Counted from the stretch's first letter, positions 45,765 to 62,690 are shown. The stretch is DNA of 64,000 nucleotides from the human T2T-CHM13v2.0 reference genome, Homo sapiens (GCF_009914755.1 NC_060947.1); one strand, 5' to 3'. Numbers and translations are program-made. The notes: generated by a model not told the origin, from the letters alone.

Positions 45765-45818
45765 TGATATGGTTTGGCTGTGTCCTCACCCAAATCTCAT
45801 CTTGAATTCCCACATGTT
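45765..45818 (+). mobile_element. THE1/MST LTR 5' fragment
   Basis: TGATATGGTTTGGCTGTGTCCTCACCCAAATCTCATCTTGAATT. Confidence 0.85.
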
Positions 45819-47511
45819 AGTTTCTCCTACTCTGAGTTTATCAAACTTCTAGAAATACTCACATCTTTCAGTTGTAGTACATTTATTTATTGTACGTTTC
45901 TTCTGAAGAATTTTTGTGTGGTTTGTTTTTATAATTTCTCTTTCTAATTTTGTTCACAGATTGTATTCCTGATTTTCTTTATTCTTTGACCATATTTAGC
46001 TTTTGAGCATATTTAGAACACTTGCTTTAAAGTATTTTGTGGTAAGGCTCATATCTGGGACATTTCTATCAGTTTATTTTCTTTCTTTGAGTGAGCTATA
46101 CTTTTCTTTTTTATATGCATGGTAATTTTTTGTTGAAAAGTGAACCTTTGAATAATATAATGTTTTAATTCTGGAAATTAGATGATCTTTCTTCCTCCAA
46201 GGTTGTGTGCGTGTGTGTGTGTGTTTGATTGTTGAAGGCTGTAGTTGTTTATTTAGTGACTTTTCTAAACTATTTTTGCAAATACTGTATTCCTTATTGT
46301 TTGCAGAAGTCTCTGTTCCTTTAGCTTGTCTTCAGCCAGTGTTTTGACATATATTTCCTTGAATGCCAGGAGCTGAAAAAACAAAACCAAAAATGAACTA
46401 ACTAACAAAAAATTAGAACACCTCTCCTAGTCTTTGGGCATTAGCTCTGTACTCTCCAAAACTTATTTACAGATAAACTTAGATCAGTGGTATTTTTTCA
46501 GCCTTTCTTCTTTTCCAATATATGCATTTGAGGGCATAGAATTTTTTACTAAGCACAGATATAGCTATATTCCCACAAATTTTCATGTGTTGCATTCTCA
46601 TTTTCATTCATTTAAAGAGAATGGCACATTTGATTGTCATTTCTTCTTTTATTTACAAATCATTAAGAAGTGTATTGTTTAATTTCCAAACACTTTGAGA
46701 TTTGTTTATCTATTTGTTATTAATTCTTAGCTTTATTTTTCTGTCATCAGAGAACATATTCTGAATTGTTTCAATACTTTGAAATGTGTTGAGACTTGGT
46801 TAATGGCCTAGTATAAGGTCAATTTTAGTAAACACTACATTTGCTCCTGAAAAATATTTATATTCAGCACTTGTAGGTTATGTTCTATGTAACATAATGT
46901 CACATTTGTTACTCTTATTGCTTAAATCTTCAATACTTCAACTGATAATTTTTATGATTCTATCAGTTACTTAAGGAGGTATGTTTACATGTCCCACAAA
47001 GACTTTACATTTCTCTATTTCTCCGTTTATTTCTAATAGCTTTTGTCTTGTATTTTTGAAGTAATGTTAGTAGAAACATACTGGTTCAGAATTTTCATAT
47101 CTTTCTGTTAGATTAAATATTTTATTACTATCAAATATATCTCTTTTTCTCTAGAAATATTTCTTGTCTTTAAGTCTACGTTGTTGATTTTTTTCATAGC
47201 TACACCAGCTTTCCTTTGATTACTGCATGCATGTATTTATTTTGACTTTCAGCCATTCTCTGTTCTTACATCTAAGTGTGCCTCTTATAAACAGCATATA
47301 ATTCATAATTTTATCCAATCTTATTTGGAGTGTTCAATTCATTTACATTAATTCTAATTATTGGTATATTTGTGTTTATGTCTCTCATCTTACTATTTGT
47401 TTTCTATTTGACTCTCCTGTTTTACATTTCTATTGATTAAATTAGGCCATAAAATCTTAACAGAGTAAAACTACGGACTTCCTAAACTTGCGTTCAAAAT
47501 TGTGTGCCCAT

Positions 47512-47846
<335 letters not shown>

Positions 47847-49593
47847 TCAAGGACGGTTATATACATTTGTTCAAGGTGTATGCATGTGCTGAGGAGAGAG
47901 CACATGGCTCTCATTAGTTTCTAAAAGGAGTTTATAACGTTTTTTAACTGCTAGAAAAGAACAGAGTTTGGATTTGGTTTTAATGCCTGGACTCTTAGCA
48001 ACTGAGCCATATTCCTGCCCTAAATGTTGAAAGTCCCATTTCTTATCAGTCTCTATGTTCTCCTTGGCTGATCTCATCCATTTCTGTAGTTGTTGCTACA
48101 GTCCTAGGGATAATGACATTGAATTTTACACCTCTAGCCCATACCCCTTTCTGGCCCTACAGACTTTTATCCATTTCTCCAGTGGAACTCTCTTCCTGGA
48201 TGTTCTAAGAGTATGTCAGTCTCAACAGGTCCAAAATTAGTTGCCCTGTTAGTCAAGATGAACACTATTTCTCTGCCTCAGACTTCCTGATCGGTGATGC
48301 ACAAACTGCAGTGCTGTTTCTGGTCACAAGGTGGCCCTTTACTTTACTTTTTAAGTTTATCCCAGTTGTGTTAAAAGAGAAAAATCCACTATTATATCGT
48401 AAACAAGTTAGGAGATATTCTTTACTGTACAATACCTATTTATTTTTGAAAATGTTTATGGGTCAAAAATTTTGAAGGAATCTATTGGCACATTTCTCCC
48501 TCATGAATTCTGCATTCAGGCAGTAAGTATCTACCTTCTGTTTCCACTGCTGAGAAGTGTCTTAATTTTATATTGGATAGCTTTTCTCTGTGTCCTAGCT
48601 TCATAGTTTCGACCATTTCTAGCTTCATAGTTTCAAACCATATCTTCATAGTTTCAACTCCTCCTTAATTTCATATTTCTCATAACCTGGATTTATTGTG
48701 ACCTCTCAAGTCCTTATGCTAGAGAATTTGCCTTTGCTTTTCTTTTTCAGTTCCCAGCATCAATCACCCGATTATCTCCATTATGCCCAGTTTTATCCAA
48801 TGTGAGGGAAAACATCATTCCCCTTAGAAAAAACAATGGGATTGGGATTGGGATTTGACACTGCTAAAATTTTAAAAATATACATAATTTAAAAATTATA
48901 TTTAGGAAAACAAGTGGCTGTCTCCATCTGTTCTAGTCATGGTTTTAATGTATTTATTATTTACTTTATTGAGAGACTGAGAGCACTAATTCTGGAGCCA
49001 AACAGTTTTGCTTATATCCTGGTTTTAAAACCTATTAGCTGAACAACTTCAGGTAAACTCTGCATCCATTAGTTTCCTCCTACGTAAAGTGGAGTCATTG
49101 ATAGTATAGCCCTCACTGGTTTCTTTTGAGGAATTAATTGATTAATACCTGTAAATCACTTAGAACACTGGCTCACACTAAAAGTATGTTATGAGTATTG
49201 TTATTATTACCATTATTACCATTATATTCTGCATATTTCAAATTAACATGAATACAGAGGTATTCAGAATTTTTAATGGCAATGTGATTGAAACTGTACA
49301 AAAACTTTAAAAATAAAAAAACTGACTTTGAAAAAAAAAAGAACGGAAAAATCACCCTTAATCAAATATTCATTCTGATATGGTGACTTATGTTACACTT
49401 TTTCTATTGAATATGCACACATGCATGTATACACCTTACTTTCTTAATTATTAAATTACAGCATCTATAACATACATCATGGATTCAGGAACACTTTTTT
49501 GAGAAAAAGTAAACCATCACATAATATCTTCACATCTATTGTATGATGTATCCCAATGTGAGAAATATTGAAAGATTTTTAAAATAGAACCCA

Positions 49594-50000
49594 TATTAGT
49601 CTGTTCTCACATTGCTATAAATAAATACCTGACACTGGGTAATTTATAAATAAAGAGGTTTAATTGGCTCACAGTTCTTCAGGCTGTACAGGAAGCATAG
49701 CACCTTTCTGCTTCTGGAGAGGCCTCAGGAAACTGTATTACAATCATGGCGAAGGCAAAGGGGGAGTGAGACATCTCAAATGGCCAGAGCAGAAGGAAGT
49801 GGGGGAGGTGCCACACACTTTTAAACAATCAGATCTCATGAGAACTCACTATCAGGATGACAACACCAAGGGATATGGTACTAAACTATTCATGAGAAAC
49901 TGACCCCATGATCCAATTGCTTCCCACCAGGCCCCTCCTCCAACACTGGGGATTACAGTTCGACATGAGATTTGGTGGGGACACAGATCCAAACCATATA
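49594..50000 (-). mobile_element. MST (MaLR) solo LTR
   Basis: tattagtctgttctcacattgctataaa..gactttgg-type end gagatttggtggggacacagatccaaaccatat. Confidence 0.88.
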
Positions 50001-50389
50001 GGATCCTAACATAAAATAGGATAATTTACATCTTGTGATATATGTATTGCTAGGCTCTTAGGCATTTTGACGTATTTCCTTGCAATCTTTTTCTATGCAT
50101 ATTTGTACTCAATATTATTGTGCTTCCTCTGTACTACCAGTGGTTCTCCAGTGTTAGTGTGCATTAGAATCTTTCAGGGGAGCATGATAATTGTTTTGGC
50201 ACCCAGTTAGAAGTTGAGTCATGGAACTTTTGGGGGATGCCAAAGTCTGTCCTGTTAGCAAGAAAGATGACAGGGATTCTGAAACAGGCAGTCTGTGTGA
50301 CATTCTTTTAAAATCATGCTAAATTATATTCATCTTTTAATCTGGCATGTCATCCTTCCCCTAATAGGCTCCTTAGAAATACAAGTCTT

Positions 50390-50830
<441 letters not shown>

Positions 50831-51999
50831 TTAACATGTATTAAACATCCACAATATGTTAGACACTATAATAGATACTACGAGTGTACAGGTGATAAAG
50901 ACTATACTTGCTATGAGAAAGACACAGTTTTGTAGAAGAGTAATTTCTAATATTTTTAATGAATTTTTTATCTTACCGATTATTTTAAATGCTTTTATGT
51001 AGGGAGGAGATCAGTCTTGGGGTGTTACTCAGTTTTGATCTAAGGTGAATATTTCTGTAATTTATATGCTTTGGGGTACATCTGTTGCCCTACTGGGTAG
51101 ATGTGCCCAGAATTTTTTGTATGAAAAGCTATGAATATCCTGAGAGAGAAGTCACCTCTTGCAAGAGCATGGTAGACATAAAAAGCCAATGTTGTCTCAC
51201 TACTTTTGGAAATTGCCACTACTAACATAGGTGGCAACTTCCAAAAGTAGTGAATATATAAACAACATCTTTTTATTATAATTAAGGTGATAGGTAGCTA
51301 GCTTCAGCTGTTCAAGTCTTCGTTTTATTTTATCCATCATTTACTTTTTTAATGAAGTCTCATATGCTTGTATTGATTCAGTATCCTCCAACCAAATGGA
51401 ATCATGTCTGAGTCCTCTGGAGAGCAGAGGACCTAAAAGTAAAATAAGAAAGACCCATTTTATGAAGAACGTTGTTAAGATACCAATTACTGAGCCACAT
51501 TTGTGTGGTACTCATCTTCATAAGGGTAACTATAATCCCAGGGAAATCACTGGGGCTTTGAAATCTTGAGGACTTCAACACACCAACAGCTGTCAGCAGA
51601 ATGAAAAAGACAAAGGAGAAATAGCAGTAATGTCCAGAAGACATGAAAGTATCCAGAAAAGGGTGACACTTATGTCTTGACTGCCTGAACTTGTTCCTGG
51701 GCATGGGTTAGACATGGGTTAGCTTTCCTTGAGCGTTTTCAGGGGTCTGGGGTTCTGAAAGAGTAGGATATAGGGTAGGATCTGAACCAACACAACCCAC
51801 ACATTCAGTTCCTCACCTAATCCACTCAGCAGCCCATGGGGGGCAAATAGTATTCCTTTTTCACAGATAGTAAGGGTGACCCATTAAAGTAATATCATGG
51901 TAATATATACTTGGGTTATGTTGCTGAATAAGAAATTCTAAAAATTAACTTGAAATTAATTTTTTGTTTTTCTAACAAGTTTTTATTGAAAGGTAACAG

Positions 52000-54130
<2,131 letters not shown>

Positions 54131-54783
54131 TTATTGTCAATTTACAATTATTATGGACTTATCTCTTTCCCCTGTTCTAACCTTCCCCAAAATGGCCCTT
54201 TCACCCCACCTTCTCTCCCAGTAGTCATTATTTTTCCTTTGAGCCTCTTACCTGCACATAAATGGCCAAGAAGCTGGGTATAAAGAAAGGAGGCTCGGAG
54301 TGGAAGTGGAACATTTTCTTCTGTGTATCCTTCTGTTCCAGTGTTTAATTTAAAATGCTTTCTTTTTACGTTGAAGAATACAATATTTAACACATTTTGA
54401 AGATGGGGGAAATGGGCATTTATCCCAAGAGCTCTCTTTTCATTGGGGTGCCTTGTTATTTGGCTAAATTGTCATATATCAGATTAAAGTGTTTTTAATC
54501 AGCTACAAAAGGAATCACAAATTTTTAAAACATGCCAATTGTTCACAACCTTTAAAATATACTCTTTAGGGAGAAAAGTAATTTACAATAATAAATAAGA
54601 TTTTCTACTAAATAAAAAATTCTTCATAATTTGGTTGTGTTTATTTTTATCAGTTAGAAAATGTGTCTGATACTTCCCAAATAGCTTAAAAAAAACAAGA
54701 TAGAGAGTTTGAAATTTAAAACCTACATTTTTCTAAAATTAATCAACATTTTATGTGTTTGATAAATTAATCCCTGGAGAGCC

Positions 54784-55200
54784 TGTCAACCTTAAATAAT
54801 GAAATTCAGAAAACATGATTAAGTATAGAGTTTATTCAAGCGCAAAGCTTGAGGATAGCCGCCCTGAAACACCAGCTCCAAACAAATGGAATCAGTGTTC
54901 CAAAGTGGAAAAATTAAGGTTTTACTTATATAGGCAGAGACAGAGAAATTTTAGCAGGGTTGCATTTTCCATACAAGACCTATGCAAATGCCACAGCTAT
55001 TTATTATTCCATGAGGAGGGGTAATGATCTGAGGGAGTCTTATCTCTGGTGGCATTTTGTCTTAATTATTTACAGGGGGAAAAAAAGGCAGAAGTTGCAG
55101 CTTCATGCCCTGTGATTCAAGCTGCATAGCCACATTCCTCTCAAGGCTCAGAATAATTTGAAGTTCCAGCAGCTTTAAGTTTAAATTATTTAATTTCACA
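54784..55200 (-). mobile_element. ERV1-type solo LTR (LTR37-like, family tentative)
   Basis: TG...CA termini, perfect 4-bp TSD AGCC, and a minus-strand AATAAA near 54831. Confidence 0.75.
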
Positions 55201-56624
55201 AGCCTAACAAGTGTCTTGTTTTTATCCGATTATAGAAAAATGATCTCCTATCTTTTCCACTTATGGAAGTGTTTAATTTTCACAACTAACTAGTATTGTT
55301 TTCTTCTGCTAAAGGAATGCAGCCTGCTAGGCCTCTCACCTCTGGCCTCCTCCCCTCCAGGAAACTCAGGAGGAGGCTGGCCTTGCGGTAGGGTCACTGC
55401 CTGCCAATCTATCCCCACCCAAGTAGCCCCTCAGCCAGGTTTAAGACAATGTCCCAGGAACTCTCACTTTCTGACCATATTACTTAGCCTAGACCAGGAG
55501 TTCTCAACTAGGAAAGTCTGTGGACCATTTGAAATTCTATGCAGGTTTGTGCATGTTTAGGGTTGGTGGGGTACACGCACTTTTGTGGAAAGAGGGTTCG
55601 TACCTTAGGAAGCTGGGAAAGCCTGATACATGAGCAAGGTGAAATTATGAGGAAGCTGAAGCCATGAGGTCTCCTCGGTGACATAGGAGGAGAAGGATGA
55701 ATGAGGATAAGAGGAGAGACTGAGAACAACTGAGCCAAGGTAGTGACAGAGCACTACAGTGCTCAGGTCCTGCTCTTAGACATCCATTAGGAATTTACTG
55801 TCTATTCTCAGATTCCCTTGAGATCATAATCTTCTCTACTGCCTCATAAATTTTCACCATAAATCCTGCCTCAACTAAACTAGTCTAAATCTGTGTTCCT
55901 TACAACTAGTGAGACTATCTAAAAGATTGGTTACCTGTAATAAAATGTTCCTAAAAGTGAACAAACTACTAGTACACATAGTTACAAACAGCATGAAAAC
56001 TTGTGAAAGGGCTTCAATAGAGACAAAGAAGACACATACATGGGGAATAAGTATAAATTATTCAGCCTCACTAGGAGTCGAAATGGACAAATTGAAACTT
56101 CAAGGCACTCGTTCACCTATGAATTTGGTGAATATTTTTTAAAAAATCATGCCATCCATTTTACATGAGTTCATTCACATGGACTGTCAAGTACACGTGT
56201 AAATTGGTTAAATTATCTTCCAGGCCTTCTTGATAATACACATAAAAATAAATAAGATGTTTCAGATTTAGACCCAGCAATTTCATTTTTAGAAATTTTT
56301 CCTTAGGAAATAATTTTGGTTGTGTGCAAAGATTTTGGTTAAGGCTTGAGTTAAATAGCAAAAACATAGAGGCAGCCTAAATATTAAACAAGCGGTAGAT
56401 AAGTTACCATTAATTTTAACATGATGAAGTACAGTATTTATTGGCATAGAAATATTTACATTGCATTGTTAGCTAGAAAATATGTATAAAATAGTGTCCT
56501 GGTGTAAATAAATTTTATATCTATGTATCTATTTATCTCTATATATTATATCTAAATAATAATGTGTAATATAATATTACTAATAGCTATATAGTATACT
56601 ATATATAATATGTAATTTATTTAT

Positions 56625-56628
<4 letters not shown>

Positions 56629-56665
<37 letters not shown>
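56629..56665. repeat. (CA)n microsatellite
   Basis: Direct reading; other dinucleotide runs at about 41828-41866 and 44602-44630. Confidence 0.95.
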
Positions 56666-56667
<2 letters not shown>

Positions 56668-58239
56668 ATCTCCATCCCATTCACAAGCAAAGCAGTGAAA
56701 ACTGGCCTCCCCTCCTCTCTCCCTTCTTCCTTATTCTGGAATATATACATTTCAATTTTAAAATTGTATATATATATGTGTGTGTGTGTTTTATATGTAT
56801 TATTTACATAAAAATTGAATGCCCATATATACAGTGAAGAGTGAATAAAGTCTAGGTTATCTCAAAACTATGTATTTCATTGTTCTATGTATGTAATTCA
56901 AGTAAACTGTGGAAAATTTGGAAAATACACAAGAATTATAGACATGAAAGTTTTTAGAAATCTATATTCCCATAAAATTAAATGGGAGTTTAATTTTAAG
57001 TTTAAATATTTTCATTTTTTCCCCACTAACATTATAACTTATAGTAATATGCTATGAAGTAGGTAAGTTTGACTAGGTAGGATTTTACCTTATATGCTGA
57101 CTTTAGAATCCATCCTTGGCTTAAGATGCAACTCCACTGCACTAACACATTCAGTGATAATTGAGAGGAAATCTACAGAAAGGACATAAGGGTTTAGACT
57201 GACAACATCTAGTGATCGCCTAATTAATATTTGTGAAACCAATAAGTGGATGAAGTGTATATTTGAGAGCCACCAAATAAATGAAATTGAGTGTATATTA
57301 TTGAGGGTTTCCTTCCTCCTATATGTATTTTTAAGTATAATTAGGATAGTTTTATATACATTATTTATAACCTGCTTTTAAATAATAGTTATTTTCTTTA
57401 TTTGCAAAAAATAAAACATTTTTACTGGAAAAAAGTAAGGTAACTATAGATACATGCCACATGTCAAGCAGAGCCAGATCCTTTCTGTTTCTATTCATAC
57501 ATATTTTTTAAAGAATTGAATTGGCAACTAAGAATACTATTTTATAATCTGCTTAAACTATTATATTATTGCCATAAGTATTACTTTCTCTAGCAAAAAT
57601 ATTTCCCTAGAAAATATTTTCATCAGGTCAAATTTAAGAAAGAGATGCCTCCTTCCCCATGTTAAAAATGTAGTAGTACACTTTGACCATCTCAAACTTG
57701 ATTGAAGGGAGGGATAGTCAGAGGAAGGGGAAGAGACCCTCATTTCTAATGCATACTAGTTACAAACATGTAGTCCTTTGAGGAGGTCAGCGGAGCAAGG
57801 GAAGGAAATGTGAGGGATTCAACCATCGTAAGGATCTGAAGTCTCAAACAGGTAGTGGAGTCCCTTAATTCAGACCCTGTTCAGCTACAGAGAAGTATGT
57901 ATATGAAATATGTGCCATAAAATAAAATCATACTATTTGCAGACATTTCCTTACTGTAGAAGTTACATATGCCCCCTGAGAAAATGTAGAAGAGTCTACA
58001 ATGAAGTAAAAAAATACATATAAATCATCCATAAGCCCACCAACCACCCAATCATACCTAATTCTAATACTGTTACTGTTAATAACCTGCTTTTTCCTTA
58101 CATAGCAATATACTATAAAAATTTTCATTTCAATAGATACATGGCTGTCTAATATTTGTCAGATATTTTATTTCTTCTTCATTTTTCACTTTTGTCTCAA
58201 ACATTTTTCTGAATATTAGTAATTAATATATTACTTATT

Positions 58240-59410
58240 ATTTATTTATTTATTATTATATTTTAAGTTCTAGGGTACATGTGCACAATATGCAGGTTTG
58301 TTACATAGGTATACATGTGCCATGTTGGTTTGCTGCACCCATCAATTGTCATTTACATTAGGTATTTCTCCTAATGCTATCCCTCCTCCAGGCCCCCAGC
58401 CCCCGACAGGCCCCCGTGTGTGATGTTCCCCACCCTGTGTCCAACTGTTCTCATTGTTCAATTCCCACCTATGAGTGAGAACATGCGGTGTTTGGTTTTC
58501 TGTCCTTGTGATAGTTTGCTGAGAATGATGGTTTCCAGCTTCATCCATGTCCCTGCAAAGGACATGAACTCATCCTTTTTTTATGGCTGCATAGTATTCC
58601 GTGGTGTATATGTGCCACATTTTCTAAATCCAGTCTATCATTGATGGACATTTTGGTTGGTTCCAAGTCTTTGCTATTGTGAATAGTGCCACAATAAACA
58701 TACGTGTGCATATGTCTTTATAGCAGCATGATTTCTAATCCTTTGGTTATATACCCAGTAATGGAATCACTGGGTCAAATGGTATTTCTAGTTCTAGATA
58801 CTTGAGGAATCGCCACACTGTCTTCCACAATAGTTGAACTAATTTACACTCCCACCAACAGTATAAAAGCATTCCTGTTTCTCCACATCCTCTCCAGCAT
58901 GTTGTTTCCTGACTTTTTATTGATCACCATTCTAACTGGCGTGAGATGGTATCTCATTGTGGTTTTGATTTGCATTTCTCTGATGACCAGTGATGATGAG
59001 CATTTTTTCATGTGTCTGTTGGCTGCATAAATGTCTTCTTTTGAGAAGCGTCTGTTCATATCCTTTGCCCACTTTTTGATGGGGTGGTTTTTTTCTTGTA
59101 AATTTGTTTAAGTTCTTTGTAGATTCTGGATATTAGCCCTTTGTCAGATGGGTAGACTGCAAAAATTTTCTCCCATTCTGTAGGTTACCTGTTTACTCTG
59201 ATGGAAGTTTCTTTTGCTGTGCAGAAACTCTTTAGTTTAATTAGATCCCATTTGTCTATTTTGGCTTTTGTTGCCATTGCTTTTGGTGTTTTAGTCATGA
59301 AGTCCCTGTCCATGCCTATGTCCTGAATGGTATTGCCTAGGTTTTCTTCTAGGGTTTTTATGGTTTTAGGTCTAACATTTAAGTCTTTAATCCATCTTGA
59401 ATTAATTTGT
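58240..59410 (-). mobile_element. 5'-truncated L1PA
   Basis: Minus [47 protein letters not shown]; L1PA 3'UTR; flanking acttatta repeat. Confidence 0.95.
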
Positions 59411-60615
59411 GTAACTTATTAGTAATTTAAATATATAAATACAACACTTAGAAAATAAAAGTTCTCTTTATATGAAATACACATTCTCAAGTATATCCTA
59501 TGATGTTCAGGATATATTCATCTGCATTTCTAATGATATAAAAATACAGTAAGACCCTGAAACAACTTGAGTTTGGATATAACATGATTGGTGATAGCAG
59601 GTGGGGAGAGAGTAAAATGGATGGATGATATTTAAGTCCAAGTGCTCAGTGAAGAATTGTTTGTGGCAACAAATCACAGCTGAGTCCTTGATGAATTTGG
59701 GTTGTGTAGCCAGCTAGCCAAATAGACTCACATCAGTCATTCCATCCATCCATCTCTCAGTAACATAACCTGGAATTTTATAGAATGAATTTCTGGACTT
59801 CACTTATCATGTTATCATGTAATTTAATTGTATACTCATATTTTAAATACACAAATATGTATACTGTTACAAAAATGTAATACCACATATAAAATTAACT
59901 TTCAATTTGCCTTTTTTTGTTTAACAATATACATTGAACAATTTTTTTCATGTGAGTAAATGTAACTCCACATCATTTTTTCATCACTGTATAATGTGGC
60001 TCTATATGAATGATCAAACTTTTCTTAAACCAATTTCCTTTTAGAAACATATAAGTTTTTGGCTCTTTAAAAAAAACACTATTGCCACAACTACTACAAT
60101 GACCATATTTGGCATAGGAGTATTAATGTATGATAAATCTCTAGAAGAGGAATTGATGTGTCCAAAAGCACATATCTTCTAAAGTTTGATATTGCCAAAA
60201 TGACTTCCAAAAATGTTGTACTACTTAATAGTCTCACAGTACATGTGAATATTTGTTTTACCATATGCTCATCAACTCTGAATATAATCAATATTTGTCT
60301 TTTCTAATTGTACAGATGAAAAATTAACTCTTATTTTTATTTTCAATAGATCTCAATTCTATGAGCATATGCTATTATTCCCTTCTTTCAGATGAGGAAA
60401 CTCAGGTTCACAATGTGTACCTGACGATTAATTGATGATTCTTCAGGCAGCACAGCTTCCTGGTAACACCACCATGAGGACTCTGGAATGAAACATTACT
60501 CTTTTTTAAAAAATTCTGTATCATTTTCCTCACAAAACTTCTAATATCACAACAGCTTTCACTTTAAAAGCACTTACTATATGCCACATGTACAATAAGC
60601 ACTGTACATGTATTA

Positions 60616-61012
<397 letters not shown>

Positions 61013-61284
61013 TTAAAGTTACCTTTTTAAAAAGGATATAGAAGTACGAAAAATAAAAAGTAAAAATTGCATTCAGAAATCTCACTCTTGTTCCAGGGTC
61101 TTTTTTTGTTGTTGTTTCACAACTGCTGCCAAGGCCACCCTGCTCTACAACAGCTAAGAACCAGATTGCAGAGGAAATGGAGGCTAGAGGAGGGACGACT
61201 GATGGAGGAGTTATCCTGGGAGTGGAAGAATGGAAGAGACAATTCTCGAAAGAAGTAGAAAAGTTCAGTAGCTCCAGAAAAAGA

Positions 61285-61510
61285 GGTAGCCCCTCCCTAG
61301 TAATCAGAGTCAAGCAAATAACATTTTTCCCGCTGGGATAGGAAACAACAGAAAAGACTGACAGGGCCAAATGTATAAGTGGGGGGCGGGGAGGGAGAGA
61401 GGGTGGGCCCACTTCTGCCGCGCTTTTGGTGGGAGTGGAAATTAGGGACCCGAGCTCACTGGTGACGTAGATCTCATGTGACCAGGAGTCGACGTGTGCA
61501 GAAGTCCTGG
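61285..61510 (+). promoter_or_regulatory. TCEAL9 promoter (TGACGT, TCATGTGAC E/M-box, G-rich tract)
   Basis: Homologous to the TCEAL7 promoter (agcccctccctagtaatcagag; ccacttctgc; gaagtcct); CpG-enriched. Confidence 0.75.
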
Positions 61511-61612
61511 TAATCTGGTCCTTGTTCCCGTCTGGATACCAGCTTCCTTCAGCAGCGCAGGCGGTGGTCCCTGAGGCCCGTGGAAGGAGTCAAACTTGCG
61601 GGAATTTTGCAG
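61500..61612 (+). other. TCEAL9: TCEAL9 non-coding exon 1 (start approximate)
   Basis: Donor CAG|gttggt at 61612/61613. Confidence 0.6.
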
Positions 61613-62099
61613 GTTGGTGTCACTGTAGGTGTTGACTGGGGATTTCTAGTGTGGGGGGGTTTAAGGCAGAGACTTGTGGGAGTGCCGGTCAGGTCCGTCC
61701 CTCCACCCTCCACCTCCAGGTCTACGGGAACTGATGACCCTTGGGAAAGGGACTAGGGGTCCTAGGAGAAGAACAGGGAGACCTGTGGTAGTTTAAAAAT
61801 AATCATCCTCTGCTATCTAAGACTGCTTTCCGGACCCCCACCCTCCTCCCGAACCCCGCCTCAGTCTTAAAGATAGTTTGGAAATAATCTGCTTTCTCAC
61901 TCTTTGTCTGATGGGAAAAACGAACTGACTTGCATGCACTGTGGAGAGGGGGTGAACTAGGGGAAACAAAAGGTGGGAAACTTTCCATATCCGAAACCCT
62001 AAAGGAGGAAAGCTACGTGTGTCAGTCTCTGGCGCTGGTCGGCCCACCAAGCGCTCGCCCCACCCCCACCGTCCCCTCCCGTTTCCAGTTTATCTGCAG

Positions 62100-62167
62100 G
62101 GCTGTTGTTTCCAGCAAGACCCAAAGCTAGAAAAGGAGGAGGAAGAAACTGACCCGATCAGTGCCAG
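62100..62167 (+). other. TCEAL9: TCEAL9 non-coding exon 2
   Basis: Acceptor tttatctgcag| and donor CAG|gtaggt. Confidence 0.7.
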
Positions 62168-62690
62168 GTAGGTGAGAGGAATATTATAAAGTCTCCTGGG
62201 GTGGAGACAAAGGTTGTAAGCGCCACCGTTCCTGCCGGCTCCCTTCCACCCCACCCCTTTCCCCTCTTCTTTTCTCTCCCCCTTCTCCTTTCCCCTCTTC
62301 CTCTGCCTGCCAGCCACCTTTCTCTTTTCTGGCCTGGTCCCTGTGTTAGGCCCTATGGGGGAAAAAGGTCTGGGGAGGGCTGGACGGCGGAAAGGAGGGC
62401 CTTGGAAAAGGTTAGAGGGAAGGACAAGAGAGAAGTGAGGAGGTGGAAAGTGGAGGTAAAAGGAGTGGGGATAGTGAAGCTCTGATTGCTGACTGGGCTT
62501 CTTAGGTGGAAGATATTTTATAACAGCTCTGAATAAAAAAAATTAAATGCTAAGGCCTCTGTCCACAGCACCTGTCCACTCACCAAGTCTTTAACTTACT
62601 GTCTTCTTTTTGCTTTCTAGAAGTCATTGTATTCAAAGAAGAATAAGCAAGAAAGAAAAGAAGGAAGGAAGAGAGGTAGACAGATACAAG

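Noticed and set aside
48595-48660. Three copies of cttcatagtttc
   Set aside because: Short degenerate tandem duplication without unique spacers; not a CRISPR-like array.
62610-62690. 27-aa N-terminal extension of TCEAL9 in the ORF track
   Set aside because: It starts at a TTG inside the intron's pyrimidine tract; the first exonic ATG is 62691.
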